This document shows positions 26,486 through 36,502 of a stretch of DNA of 50,922 bases, piece by piece (positions within the stretch are counted from its first letter, which is position 1; the number at the start of each line of letters is the position of its first letter). A program made the translations under genes and the position numbers. The notes beneath the pieces were generated by a model. That model searched no databases. It was given only the letters and a program-made list of their open reading frames with translations, and had not been told where the DNA came from. Origin of the DNA: a virus (taxonomy: Duplodnaviria > Caudoviricetes); IMG/VR virus record IMGVR_UViG_3300032122_000001, positions 1-50,922 of that record. One strand, written 5' to 3'.

Positions 26486-28327
26486 TTGCCGTACGATCAT
26501 GGTGTGGCTCTAGGCGAAGCGTTCATCAAAGTACGCGCGGATTTGAAGCCCTTCAGCAAAGACCTGGAGAAGGGCCTCAAAACCATTCTTCAGGCTGCGG
26601 AAAAAAAACTGAAACTGACCCCGCAGATCGACCCAGCCTTCCACAAGACGCTAAAAGAGAACACGTCAAACGACATTGAGGAAGGCTTCGAGGAAGGCGC
26701 GAAGAAGGGCGGCCGTAAAGCCCTGACGGCTGGCCAGAAGTTCTTTGCGAGCCTTGCCGACTTCATTGACGACGGACTGTCGGCGATTCCCGCCGAAGTT
26801 AAGGCAGGAATCCTTCTCGGCGTAGCCGGTGCGATAGCCGTATTCTCGCCTCTGATTGCCGGTTCCCTAAGCGCCAGCATCACGGGCGGAATCGCTCTCG
26901 GCATCGTCACCGCAGGCGTCGCACTGGCCGCGCAACTGAAACCAGTAGAAGACCAGTTCACGGCGTTGGGTCGCAGCATCCTCGGGGACCTGCGTCAAGC
27001 CGCAACCGTATTCATTGATCCGCTGCTGGAATCAGCATTCCAGATCGACGAAACGTTCAACGACCTCCGCGACGAGATCAAAATCTTGTTTGCGGAAGCC
27101 GCCCTAGATGTCAAACCGTTGACTACGGCGTTGACCGGTTTCATTCGCAACATTCTGCCTGGCCTCGAAATCAGCCTACGGCGTGCCCGCCCCATCATCG
27201 AGGCTCTCGCTGTCGCGCTACCGAAACTCGCCACGGACCTCAGCCGGGCTCTGTTCATTATCGCTGACGGGTCACCGGCGGCGACCCAAGCCCTACGTGA
27301 CCTGCTGACTCTTATCGGCCAGCTCATCCTCAGCATCGCCTACGTCGTACGTGCCCTCACCGAAATGTGGTATTGGCTGCGGATCGTGGGCATGGCCGCG
27401 ACGCGTGACTTCGGCGGCGCCATGGCGCTCATCACTCAGCATCAGCGTGACTCTGCCCTCGCTAGCGGCGAAGTAGTCGGTGGCCTGGGTGATCTGGATG
27501 TTGCTCTCGGCAAGACGGCGGCGGAAGCTGAGGCCGCGAACAACGCGATCTCAGATTTGATCAAGACGCAGTTGACTGGCCTCGACGCCACAATCGACTA
27601 CGAGCAGGCCATCGACGACCTAGCCGACTCGATCAAACGCGGCAACAAGAACTTCGACGTCACGCAGGAGAAAGGCCGCCAAAACCTGCGGCTCGTTGAG
27701 GCTGCGATCTCTGCTGCGGCCCGTCAGCGTGACGTCGAAATCCAGCGCGCCCAGGAAACGGGCCGCAGCGTAGACGACATCAACGCCGCATATCAGCGTG
27801 AGATCGCCACCATCGAACAGGTCATCGGCAAAAACGCGGCCCAGGATAAAGGATTGAAAGATCTGTTCGCGACAGCCCATAAGGCGCCATCCGATGTGAC
27901 GTTGGAAGTGAAAACTCCCGGCCTGCAAAACGCGATCAACAACTTCAAAGAGCTCGCCTCTGCTGCCGCCAAGGCTGCCGCTGCCGCTGTCGCCGCCATC
28001 AATAGGGGCGCTGGCGCGGGGCTACAGAACGTTAAACAGTTCGCTCTCGGCGACATCGTCACACAGCCAACCATCAGCCTTGTAGGCGAGGCGGGCTATA
28101 AGGAAGCCATCATTCCTGACCCGGCCGTGATGCCGCAGCGGGCAATGGAATTGTCAAACAAGTTCGGTCTCACCGACATGATCAGCAACGCTTTGGGTGG
28201 CGGCGGCCAAACCGTCGTCAACGTATACCTAGGCACCGAAAAGCTGGCCCAGTTCGTTGACTACCGCGTCGGAGTCAACAACCAGCGGCAGGCGATGGCG
28301 CTGACCCAGGGACCACGAGGAATCTAA
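26486..28327 (+). CDS. tape measure protein
   Basis: Ala/Leu-rich helical 613 aa; GEAFI.V.AD N-terminus; FA.G.IV..PT...VGEAG..EAIIP C-terminus. Confidence 0.85.
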   Translation: MPYDHGVALGEAFIKVRADLKPFSKDLEKGLKTILQAAEKKLKLTPQIDPAFHKTLKENTSNDIEEGFEEGAKKGGRKALTAGQKFFASLADFIDDGLSAIPAEVKAGILLGVAGAIAVFSPLIAGSLSASITGGIALGIVTAGVALAAQLKPVEDQFTALGRSILGDLRQAATVFIDPLLESAFQIDETFNDLRDEIKILFAEAALDVKPLTTALTGFIRNILPGLEISLRRARPIIEALAVALPKLATDLSRALFIIADGSPAATQALRDLLTLIGQLILSIAYVVRALTEMWYWLRIVGMAATRDFGGAMALITQHQRDSALASGEVVGGLGDLDVALGKTAAEAEAANNAISDLIKTQLTGLDATIDYEQAIDDLADSIKRGNKNFDVTQEKGRQNLRLVEAAISAAARQRDVEIQRAQETGRSVDDINAAYQREIATIEQVIGKNAAQDKGLKDLFATAHKAPSDVTLEVKTPGLQNAINNFKELASAAAKAAAAAVAAINRGAGAGLQNVKQFALGDIVTQPTISLVGEAGYKEAIIPDPAVMPQRAMELSNKFGLTDMISNALGGGGQTVVNVYLGTEKLAQFVDYRVGVNNQRQAMALTQGPRGI

Positions 28328-29949
28328 TGCCATCCATAGTTGCGACACCATTCCCGACACGCGGCCAGGTCCTCGTCGAAGCCAACTTCTCTGACGTGCC
28401 CGGGGCGGCATTCATTTGCATGGAAGCAGTCACCGGGTTCGGTACCGACACGGAATTGCGGCGCCCCCTACATTCCTACGTCTCGTACGACAGCAACGGT
28501 TGTCTCGCTCTCAGCTGCGGGCAGGCCATCTTCTGGGACACCGAAATCAGCTGCAACACCCCGACACGGTACTGCGCAACAGCCAAAAACAGTAGCGGCA
28601 CCACGATCACGACAGCAGCCGCCTACCTGGCTTTCGACACATTCACGAGGACTGTTTCTCCCGGCTGGGGAATCGCAAGCAGCGGCCAGACATGGATCTC
28701 AGCTGGCGGCGCGGCAGCTGACCATTCGGTTACCGGTACCCGTGGCCAGCATGCCACTGTCACCATCGCCACCGACTACATTGACCATTTTGCTATCACC
28801 AATCCGAATGTTGAACTACGCATCGTCGGGTTCCCGGCAGCTGTAGCCCTCACGGCAGCCACCGAGATGCAGGTGTGGCTACGAAGCGACGGCACCGCCA
28901 TGAACGGGTACCGTCTACTAGCTCAGCTGGCGACAGGCGGCATAGTCAACATCTTCCTACAGCGGGTGGTAGGCGGTGTCATCACCACTCTCGCTACTAC
29001 CGCCAGCGCCCTAACCTACGTAGCGACCACACAGCTGGCGTTCAGCTTCACCACGTGGGGCAACCAGCTGACAGGCAAGATCTGGGACAACACGATGCCT
29101 GAATCCACGGCATCGATCGTTACCGCCACCGACACAACATTCACGGCAGCCGGACACCTGAACGTGATCTCCAGGCGCGGCGCCGGTAACACCAACGGCA
29201 CCATCAATTTCCAGTGGGACAACCTGACCGTCTCAGATGTCTGCGCTGACCTGCCGGAAGTCGAAGTCTGCACCGAAGCGTTCACGATCGCCTGCGACGG
29301 CTGTTTCCGGCTCGGCGATCCACTACGGCCATGCGCCGACGTCAGGATCTGCCTCTGCGCAGACGGCACCTGCGGTCAGCCAGGCGGCTTGTTCTTTGCC
29401 GGAATGTCCACCGACAGCTACGCCGATAACAGCGGCAACATGCTGCCAGTCAACGGCGTCTACCCGATCCATGTCACCCGTAACCGTAGGTCCGCCACCG
29501 GTAGCTTCACGATCGTCCCGACCACGTTCACCGACCGCGACAACCTGCTGGCGCTACTCTCAACAGGCAATATCTTGTTTTGGCGTGGTCCGGCGGAATA
29601 CGGCACCAAAGACCGCTACCTGGCTGTGGGCGAAGTCGGGGTGACGCCGCCGCTGGCCGATCTGACGATCCAGCCACGCATCATGGACCTGCCGTTCGTC
29701 GTAGCTAAAGCACCTGTCGGCCCGTCGTTTGGTGTCTGCGGTGCCCGTGTTAAGGATCTTTGCGACGTTTACCCAACCTGGGATGCCCTGATCGCTGCCG
29801 GGCTCACCTATGCGGACCTACTACGCGGCAACGCCTCCACCACGCCAGCCGGGTTGGCCACATGGGCAAGCATCAACGCAGGATTCGCCAGCTGGAATGC
29901 CCTCGCGGCCGGTGAAACCGACTGGACAGATGTTGTGGACGGTGACTGA
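28327..29949 (+). CDS. minor tail protein (distal-tail-like, with inserted beta domain)
   Basis: follows the tape measure gene; DTFTR...GWG, TW..L repeats. Confidence 0.7.
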   Translation: MPSIVATPFPTRGQVLVEANFSDVPGAAFICMEAVTGFGTDTELRRPLHSYVSYDSNGCLALSCGQAIFWDTEISCNTPTRYCATAKNSSGTTITTAAAYLAFDTFTRTVSPGWGIASSGQTWISAGGAAADHSVTGTRGQHATVTIATDYIDHFAITNPNVELRIVGFPAAVALTAATEMQVWLRSDGTAMNGYRLLAQLATGGIVNIFLQRVVGGVITTLATTASALTYVATTQLAFSFTTWGNQLTGKIWDNTMPESTASIVTATDTTFTAAGHLNVISRRGAGNTNGTINFQWDNLTVSDVCADLPEVEVCTEAFTIACDGCFRLGDPLRPCADVRICLCADGTCGQPGGLFFAGMSTDSYADNSGNMLPVNGVYPIHVTRNRRSATGSFTIVPTTFTDRDNLLALLSTGNILFWRGPAEYGTKDRYLAVGEVGVTPPLADLTIQPRIMDLPFVVAKAPVGPSFGVCGARVKDLCDVYPTWDALIAAGLTYADLLRGNASTTPAGLATWASINAGFASWNALAAGETDWTDVVDGD

Positions 29950-31079
29950 TGCTTGCTGGAGGCACTGACAACCTTTACCGGAACCTTCTCGCGGCCGGGC
30001 ATCGGCTGTATTCCAAGGTTGAAGTCCTTGACGGCGACCAGAACCTATTGACGATCCCAGACGAGTTCACGGACGAGAACGGTGGCCTGGTCTACGCGTC
30101 GGGGTATGTCAGTGCGTCCTTGAACTCTCGGGTTACCCGGAACCTGGTGTTGACGGTACCGGAAGGTGTCTACCCAGCACTAGCTACAGGGTTGCTGGCG
30201 CCGTACGGGAACCGTTTCCGGGTCACCCGTGGCATCGAAATGGGCGACGGCAACACGAAGTACTCGTGGACCGTGTTCACGGGCCGTATCGGGCTGCCGC
30301 TCCTAGCCCCGGAAGGCTTGGTTACGGTCACGGCCGCCGACCGGGCCTACGAGGTCGTTGAAGCCGGTTTCGTCGTACCCCAAAACTCGCAGGTCGGTAA
30401 CAGCGTCAACGCCGAGTTCGTGCGGCTGATCTCCGACGCCCTAGACGACGCAACATTCGGCGTGTCAGACGTGTTCGCTCAGACGGTTCCGCAGTTGACA
30501 TGGGCCTATGACAGGGCTGCCGCCTTGGATGAGATGGCCACGGCTGTTGGCGCGTTCTGGTACGCGCTAGCTGACGGCAGCTTCGTTCTGCGCCGGTATC
30601 CGTGGACTGTGGCCGCCGCACCGATCCTGACCCTCTCAGACGGCGTGGATGGCATCCTGCTGGCTTCTCCGCGCCGTGACCGCGACGACGTGTTCAACTC
30701 GATCACCGTCACCGGTGAACGCGCTGATGGAACCACGCCAGTGGTTGCTTTCGCTGAAGACAACAACCCAGACTCGCCGACCTACGTTAATGGGTTGTTT
30801 GGCCGCCGTCACCGCACTGTCCCGTTGCAGACCCCACAGACGCAGGGTTCCGCGCAGACGGCCGCTAATGCGTGGCTTCGGCGAAGCATCGCGTTGCAGG
30901 AGACATGGACGTGGACTCAACCGCCCGATGCGGCACTGGAATTGGGTGATGTTGTTTCCTTGAATGCTTATGATCGTACTGGGATAATTCAGGTGGTTTC
31001 AGGGTTTACGTTGCCTTTGGGGTTGGATGCGATGATGACGGTGCAGGCTCACGCTCAGGTAGTGGGTGCATTGGAATGA
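29949..31079 (+). CDS. minor tail/baseplate hub protein (DUF5047-like)
   Basis: LLAPYGN...V.RG, N.I.V.GE, P.DAALELGD. Confidence 0.75.
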   Translation: MLAGGTDNLYRNLLAAGHRLYSKVEVLDGDQNLLTIPDEFTDENGGLVYASGYVSASLNSRVTRNLVLTVPEGVYPALATGLLAPYGNRFRVTRGIEMGDGNTKYSWTVFTGRIGLPLLAPEGLVTVTAADRAYEVVEAGFVVPQNSQVGNSVNAEFVRLISDALDDATFGVSDVFAQTVPQLTWAYDRAAALDEMATAVGAFWYALADGSFVLRRYPWTVAAAPILTLSDGVDGILLASPRRDRDDVFNSITVTGERADGTTPVVAFAEDNNPDSPTYVNGLFGRRHRTVPLQTPQTQGSAQTAANAWLRRSIALQETWTWTQPPDAALELGDVVSLNAYDRTGIIQVVSGFTLPLGLDAMMTVQAHAQVVGALE

Positions 31080-31702
31080 CGGCGCCGCTACCGGCAGCTA
31101 TCGCCAATGTCCTTCCCAGCGATAATGAACTGGTTATGGGTACCGTCGTGTCCGGTAACCCTTTGACGGTGAATGTTCGTGGCGCGAATCAGCGGCCAGG
31201 ACGACTATCGACTACTGCGCCTTCAGTCGGGGATACGGTAGCACTTTTGCGTGAGGGTGCGACCTGGTTGACATTGGGTAAGATGATCGCGGGCACCGCG
31301 ACTGGGTTGAGTTTGAGTAGCCTGCAAATGTCGGCCTCGAACGCGAACCTTGGCCTCACAGCAGTTGAGCAGGATGTCCCCAACACGTCGCTGACGTTTA
31401 CGACAACATCTCCGAACGCGATCGTTTTCGGTTTGTGGTTCGCGGACAATCAGGCGCTGGCCGCGAATACTGCTACCGGGACCACGATGCTGCGTATTGA
31501 CGGGGTGACGTTGGCTGCCCCGGCGGCCATCTGGCGGGCTGATGTCGTGAACTATCGCGGCACTGTCGGCAACGCTGACCTGCGCACGGTGACGCCTGGT
31601 AGCCACACCGCGATTCTGCGCGCTAACCGTGCCGGTGGCGCTGACGGAACGTTGCAGCTCATTGCGCAGCACACCACCCTCATCTTGGCGGTGTTCGAAT
31701 AA
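31076..31702 (+). CDS. minor tail protein
   Basis: OB-like N-terminus (P.VGD.V.L..G..WL.LG), coupled. Confidence 0.65.
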   Translation: MTAPLPAAIANVLPSDNELVMGTVVSGNPLTVNVRGANQRPGRLSTTAPSVGDTVALLREGATWLTLGKMIAGTATGLSLSSLQMSASNANLGLTAVEQDVPNTSLTFTTTSPNAIVFGLWFADNQALAANTATGTTMLRIDGVTLAAPAAIWRADVVNYRGTVGNADLRTVTPGSHTAILRANRAGGADGTLQLIAQHTTLILAVFE

Positions 31703-32289
31703 TGCCTACTTGTACACCGATCTACGGGCTCACATATCCGATCTGTTCTGATCCGCCATGCAATGTAGGGGATACCTTCTGCGAGTTTGTTAATGGCGTC
31801 GAAGAACAGTTCGACCGGTTGGATGGGATTGTTGACCGCACTGTCGATACGGTACCGATGGCTAAGGTTCGGCTAACTACGCCTTATACTTTCGGGCCAA
31901 CGACAAGTAATTTCACCACGGCGTTGCCTTTCGATACGGTCGATGTCGACACGGCCGATCTAGTGAATTTGACCAACGACGCAACCCGGATAACGCTGCC
32001 ACGATTCGGTGTATACGGAGTCGGCTGGCAGATTGTCGTCTCTTCAGTCGCGTTGAACGACCGCGTCATCGGTACATTCCAAAACTTGCAGGACACATAC
32101 CTTAGCGATGCTGCTGCTATTCCTGTATATCTCAACGGTGCTGGAATCGTACGCTATGCATCTTCCAGTGCGGTCTCACCAACTGACACAATTACAGGAC
32201 TATTGAGCTTGCAGTTGAGTGTCCTCATCGGCACCTTCACGGTCACTGAAGCTTTCGTCAATATCTACTGGTTGAGGGACCTGCCATGA
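31702..32289 (+). CDS. minor tail protein
   Basis: TP.YGL.YP N-terminus, C1q-like C-terminus. Confidence 0.65.
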   Translation: MPTCTPIYGLTYPICSDPPCNVGDTFCEFVNGVEEQFDRLDGIVDRTVDTVPMAKVRLTTPYTFGPTTSNFTTALPFDTVDVDTADLVNLTNDATRITLPRFGVYGVGWQIVVSSVALNDRVIGTFQNLQDTYLSDAAAIPVYLNGAGIVRYASSSAVSPTDTITGLLSLQLSVLIGTFTVTEAFVNIYWLRDLP

Positions 32290-32915
32290 CGACAACTGTT
32301 GGCACTCACGGCTTGACCTGCCTAAGCGACGAAGACTACGCGGCTATAGCCCTTTACATGCAGGCCCAAAGTAACACAATCGATTCCGTGCTGGATGCCA
32401 TCTCGGATAGCTTCGACACAACAGCTTTGCGGCCAGGCTTTACTGGCGCGACAAACATTGTCAATGGACCGGTGGCCAGTGGCAGCGAAACAATCTTCGG
32501 CCTTAACGGCTGGGTATTGAGTTATTCCAATTTCACGCCTGCCCCCACTTCGACTGTCGGCTTCCAGTTCACGGTACCTAAAACCGGTTTCTATGATCAT
32601 GGCTGCTACATCAATGCCCAAGCCTCTGGTGCGGTAACAGTGAACTCTCGGCGCACTCTGTATTCGCGTGCGTTCCGGGTTACCGGAACGGGCAATGTGC
32701 TTCTGTCGCAGGCTATCTGGAGGACCGTGGATACAAACACTGGCGGAGAGTTCCTGGTGGCTTGCGGTAGCTCCTTCTACGCTACTGCCGGTACGACAAT
32801 TGTTATTCTTCCTGGCTGGTCTCATGCTAATGCTGCCAGCAACGTGCAGGTGAATGCGGGCGCGAAGATCTGGTGCTGGTTCACTGGCTCCGGTGTTGAG
32901 GTTGGGAGCGCCTAA
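32286..32915 (+). CDS. minor tail protein
   Basis: same architecture; FTVP.TG.Y. Confidence 0.65.
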   Translation: MTTTVGTHGLTCLSDEDYAAIALYMQAQSNTIDSVLDAISDSFDTTALRPGFTGATNIVNGPVASGSETIFGLNGWVLSYSNFTPAPTSTVGFQFTVPKTGFYDHGCYINAQASGAVTVNSRRTLYSRAFRVTGTGNVLLSQAIWRTVDTNTGGEFLVACGSSFYATAGTTIVILPGWSHANAASNVQVNAGAKIWCWFTGSGVEVGSA

Positions 32916-33481
32916 TGCCTGATACAGCTAACTTCGCTATTACCTATCCGTGCGAAGGCCCGGTTATCAGCTGCAATGACTTCGCCACGTTGGCGGCTGA
33001 TGTTGAAGCAGCTCTGGTGACAGTAGATGCCGAGGCGACTGTTGTTACGCATCAGCCGCAGTTGAAGATCACCGCTGACACGACGGCAGCTGTTGGCGTC
33101 GACACGATCATGACCTTTGTGACGTTTTCTGGCGCAACTAGCTACATCGTTAATGGTTTCACGGTCAACAATGCTGCTGGAACTATCACGATTATTACTC
33201 CTGGACTGTATCTAATTGGTATCCAGGTTGCGGCTAATCAGTCCACGCTGACGATGACTTCGCAGCGTATGGGTGTATATGTCAATGGTGTCCTGAACAC
33301 GGTACGTAAGTATCGCGGCAATAACCCTGCCGATGTTGGAGTGCTCAGTGGCGCAAACGATTCAGGTGTCGCATTGCTGGCGGGCGATGTAGTTACTGTC
33401 CGTTATCTGTGGACTGGTACCGGAGCGCTCAACGGCATCGCTTCTGGCGACATCCGCATGGCACTACTAAGCACACCGTAA
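32915..33481 (+). CDS. minor tail protein
   Basis: T.NFAITYP; ITI.TPGLY, L.AGD.V (C1q/BclA-like). Confidence 0.65.
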   Translation: MPDTANFAITYPCEGPVISCNDFATLAADVEAALVTVDAEATVVTHQPQLKITADTTAAVGVDTIMTFVTFSGATSYIVNGFTVNNAAGTITIITPGLYLIGIQVAANQSTLTMTSQRMGVYVNGVLNTVRKYRGNNPADVGVLSGANDSGVALLAGDVVTVRYLWTGTGALNGIASGDIRMALLSTP

Positions 33482-33490
33482 GGAGAAGCC

Positions 33491-34189
33491 ATGTCGACGC
33501 TTACCCCTAATCAGGGAATCGTTCAGCAGCAGGGAACTGACCCAGCTAACTTGCCTAATGCTCAGACGGCTTGGTTGGGTGGTGAAGAGAACCGGTTGGT
33601 GCAGCGGTACACGAATGAGGCTGACCGTACGGCCCGTAACCCGACACCGAATGAGGGTGAGCGGTCCCATTTGGCTGCTGAGGACCGCAACGAGACTTTC
33701 AACGGTTCGGCCTGGATCAGCGACCAGACCAGGAACTTGTTTCAGTATGTGCGTCGCTCAACCGATGCCGCCGCGATCAACGCAAGCACGGTTCTGGTCA
33801 ACGATGCGACGATGACGACTGTGCTGCCAGCTGTGACGGGCATTTACCGGTGGCGTGACACGATCGTTTACTCGTCGTCGCAGGCAGCGGACTACAAGGT
33901 TGCCTACACGTTCCCTGGTACTGCCTGGTGGGGCGGTATCGCTGTCGCGGTAGGCACTGCGGGTACCGCATTTGATGGGCAGTTCGCTGTGCAGACAGTT
34001 TCGGGTACTTCTACTGCTTATGGTGGCGCGGCTGTGGGTACCAGGCTGCTGCTGATAGTTGAGGGTGAAGTGTCTCTGGCTGGTGTCGGCGGCAATCTTG
34101 TGTTGCAGTATGCTCAGCAGGCATCTGACGCTACGAACACGATCCCAGCATATGCGGGTACTAATCGTCAGGTTTGGCGGACGTCGTAG
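33491..34189 (+). CDS. minor tail protein
   Basis: TP..GI, A.R.A..P.P.EG, Q(Y)AQ..S. Confidence 0.65.
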   Translation: MSTLTPNQGIVQQQGTDPANLPNAQTAWLGGEENRLVQRYTNEADRTARNPTPNEGERSHLAAEDRNETFNGSAWISDQTRNLFQYVRRSTDAAAINASTVLVNDATMTTVLPAVTGIYRWRDTIVYSSSQAADYKVAYTFPGTAWWGGIAVAVGTAGTAFDGQFAVQTVSGTSTAYGGAAVGTRLLLIVEGEVSLAGVGGNLVLQYAQQASDATNTIPAYAGTNRQVWRTS

Positions 34190-34198
34190 GGTGGTGGC

Positions 34199-34393
34199 AT
34201 GAATTGGGTTAGGGCCTCGATGTGTGAGGCGACGGGTTGTGTTGAGGTTGCCTTTAATGGCAGCGAGATCAGGGTGCGGAATTCTCATGTTCCGTTGGAG
34301 TCCGTTTGGTTCACCCATGCTGAGTGGTCAGTTTTTGTTGATGCAATCGTGCGGGGTGAATTCGCTGCGGTTGATCCGGGTGATCCGGTTTAG
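34199..34393 (+). CDS. DUF397 domain protein
   Basis: W.RAS.C....CVEVA......VRNS.......FT..EW..F. Confidence 0.85.
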   Translation: MNWVRASMCEATGCVEVAFNGSEIRVRNSHVPLESVWFTHAEWSVFVDAIVRGEFAAVDPGDPV

Positions 34394-34406
34394 TTAAGAT
34401 TGGATC

Positions 34407-34721
34407 ATGACGATGCCGCTTTCCGATCAGGAGCTTACTAGGGAACTTGCATCGCTGAAAGAAACGATGCAGGAATTCCGCAACGAGATGCGAATGTCTA
34501 TGGCTGGTGTGGTGCGCAACGATGTTTATCAGGCCCAGCAGGAGACGATGAAGGCCCAGACAGCCCAGCATCTTGAGCAGATTCGTGGTGAGTTGAATCA
34601 GTTGCGCGGCAGGATCGAATCCATGGAAACAGATAAGCGGCAGAATAAGGGCCTCATTTTCGGTGCCCTTGCTTCTGCCGCCGTATCCCTGCTGATGACT
34701 ATTCTGAGTTTCAACAAGTAA
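34407..34721 (+). CDS. coiled-coil protein with C-terminal TM (possible lysis accessory)
   Basis: heptad pattern plus hydrophobic tail. Confidence 0.6.
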   Translation: MTMPLSDQELTRELASLKETMQEFRNEMRMSMAGVVRNDVYQAQQETMKAQTAQHLEQIRGELNQLRGRIESMETDKRQNKGLIFGALASAAVSLLMTILSFNK

Positions 34722-35339
34722 CTATTTGAAGGGGCGTAGCTTCTTTCGCGTCCCTGCCCCCACAATACCGTCAACAGTTATCCCGGTACGGTGTTGGAAG
34801 TCGCGGACGGCGGCTGTGGTGTTCTTGCCATAGTCGCCGTCAACGCGTATCCCGTAGCCCCAACCGATCAGGTATGCCTGAAGTTCCCGGACAGTCTTGT
34901 CCCGCAACCCTGGCTTGAGTAGCGGCCAGCTCATGGGTTTGCTGATGAACCGGTAGACGACGATGGAGCTTTCGGCCCTGGCGTTTTGGAGGACGCTGCC
35001 ATGGATGTGTTTACCGTGGGGGTTGCTGCCGGTGTAGACGTGTGGCATGAACTGGTCGTCGGCGTCCATGATGCGCCGGTTGTGGATGACGTAGTGCGTT
35101 GACGGGTGCATGATCATCGCGGCGATGACGGTGGGGACATGGATCGGGGTGTCGCCCAGCTGCGTCGAGTCCACGTCGATCGCGTCCACGGTGTCGCGTC
35201 TGTTTGGGTTGTGGTCGCTGTTGCGGGCCTGATGTGCGGCATCGCCGATCCATCCGTCGTTGATGCGTGGACGGTGCGGCCATTTCCGGTTCAAGTTTTC
35301 ATCCCGCAGAATTTGCAGGGTTTTGGCTAGTTTAGCCAT
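34722..35339 (-). CDS. endolysin (Zn-peptidase-like domain plus PG_binding_1)
   Basis: DG.IGD..H....SDHNP...AID...PH..HIH; C-terminal VRELQ..L...DG.YG..T..AVR.FQ...DGIVG..T. Confidence 0.85.
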   Translation of the reverse strand: MAKLAKTLQILRDENLNRKWPHRPRINDGWIGDAAHQARNSDHNPNRRDTVDAIDVDSTQLGDTPIHVPTVIAAMIMHPSTHYVIHNRRIMDADDQFMPHVYTGSNPHGKHIHGSVLQNARAESSIVVYRFISKPMSWPLLKPGLRDKTVRELQAYLIGWGYGIRVDGDYGKNTTAAVRDFQHRTGITVDGIVGAGTRKKLRPFK

Positions 35340-35559
35340 GGAGGTCAGCCTCCTCGATGGCTGCGGCTTCCTCGTCCTGGTAGCCGGTTACCGCTTCGTC
35401 CCACGTCCAACCGTTGTCCCAGCCCATAACGTTGTCGAGGGGTTCACCTTTAAGCGTTTTGTGGTCTTGTTCGTCGCCACACTCGTACGCGTAAACACTG
35501 TTGAGTGAAGCGATGCCCGGTAGGGTGCCGATCGGTTCGGGTGATTGATCAGGAAGCAT
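35332..35559 (-). CDS. acidic hypothetical protein
   Basis: 75 aa, overlaps the endolysin start. Confidence 0.5.
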   Translation of the reverse strand: MLPDQSPEPIGTLPGIASLNSVYAYECGDEQDHKTLKGEPLDNVMGWDNGWTWDEAVTGYQDEEAAAIEEADLHG

Positions 35560-35977
35560 GCCTCAGCGTAACATCCCACACATGGAAGTGTATTTCACAT
35601 ACAAGGTTACTGGTCATGACAGCTGGGACCGGTTGGAGGAAGCCTGCAACCGTGCGGCCCGGTTGAACAAGAACTTCACCAACTTCGCGGTCCTGCCGCC
35701 TGGGGAAGGCGAAGATTACGGGCTGGTGCTGCTGTGTAGCGCTGGCCACGACCAGTCCGCGATCCGTCGCCGGATTATCGCCCCGATCAGGTCGATCTTC
35801 CATCGGGCCGGGATCGAAGGCGCCCGCATTTCGTTGATCGAGCAGCGGGTGGCGCCGAACGGAAGGCACCGTACCGTGGCTGAAGGCAGGGCACCGAAGG
35901 GCACGTTCATGGCGGATTCGTTGGGTGACATGCTGGCTGATGCCGCACGCGACGAAGCCGCTGTCAGCGGCGACTGA
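35558..35977 (+). CDS. hypothetical protein
   Basis: 139-aa ORF; start may be 35582. Confidence 0.55.
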   Translation: MPQRNIPHMEVYFTYKVTGHDSWDRLEEACNRAARLNKNFTNFAVLPPGEGEDYGLVLLCSAGHDQSAIRRRIIAPIRSIFHRAGIEGARISLIEQRVAPNGRHRTVAEGRAPKGTFMADSLGDMLADAARDEAAVSGD

Positions 35978-36036
35978 CAGCGGCTTCGTGTCGGTGTTAG
36001 CGGCGACTGACAGCGGCTTCGTGTCGGTGTTAGCGG
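35952..36036. repeat. 16-bp hairpin with a 33-bp tandem duplication
   Basis: ACGAAGCCGCTGTCAG/CTGACAGCGGCTTCGT; 35966-35998 is identical to 35999-36031. Confidence 0.85.
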
Positions 36037-36500
36037 AGGATTATTACGGCGGCCAGCAGCGCGGCGTAGATCAGAAGATCCCCAACGGTGGCATACTTGT
36101 GGGTACGGTTCAACTTAGACAAATCTTCTTGCAGAGAGTGAACAGCCTCCGTCAGGTATTGCAGCGTGTCGTCGAGGTCGTCCGTCTCGTCAACGGCGTC
36201 GGCGAATTCGCAGCAGCCATCACAGCCGTGTACGCCATCGCTTACTAACCCGATGATGGCGGCGAAGTCGAGACCAGCCCGGCACGGATGCCCGATACCG
36301 TGCTCACAGTGATGCTCCAGCATCTGCCGGTCTACCCGCCAGCTACGGGGACGCTTGCACAGCTCATATTCACTCGTACCGTGCAGGCAGCAAGCCCCGC
36401 TGCATTCTTCCTTGCCGTGGTGCCGTAGATGCTGTCCGGATTCCAGCAGGGACCATTCCTTTTTGCTGTCGCTGATGCCCGTACCCTGAGGTTCTGTCAT
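36030..36500 (-). CDS. Cys/His-rich protein with C-terminal TM
   Basis: E..C.HGIGHP, HGCDGCC motifs. Confidence 0.65.
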   Translation of the reverse strand: MTEPQGTGISDSKKEWSLLESGQHLRHHGKEECSGACCLHGTSEYELCKRPRSWRVDRQMLEHHCEHGIGHPCRAGLDFAAIIGLVSDGVHGCDGCCEFADAVDETDDLDDTLQYLTEAVHSLQEDLSKLNRTHKYATVGDLLIYAALLAAVIILR

Positions 36501-36502
36501 CT

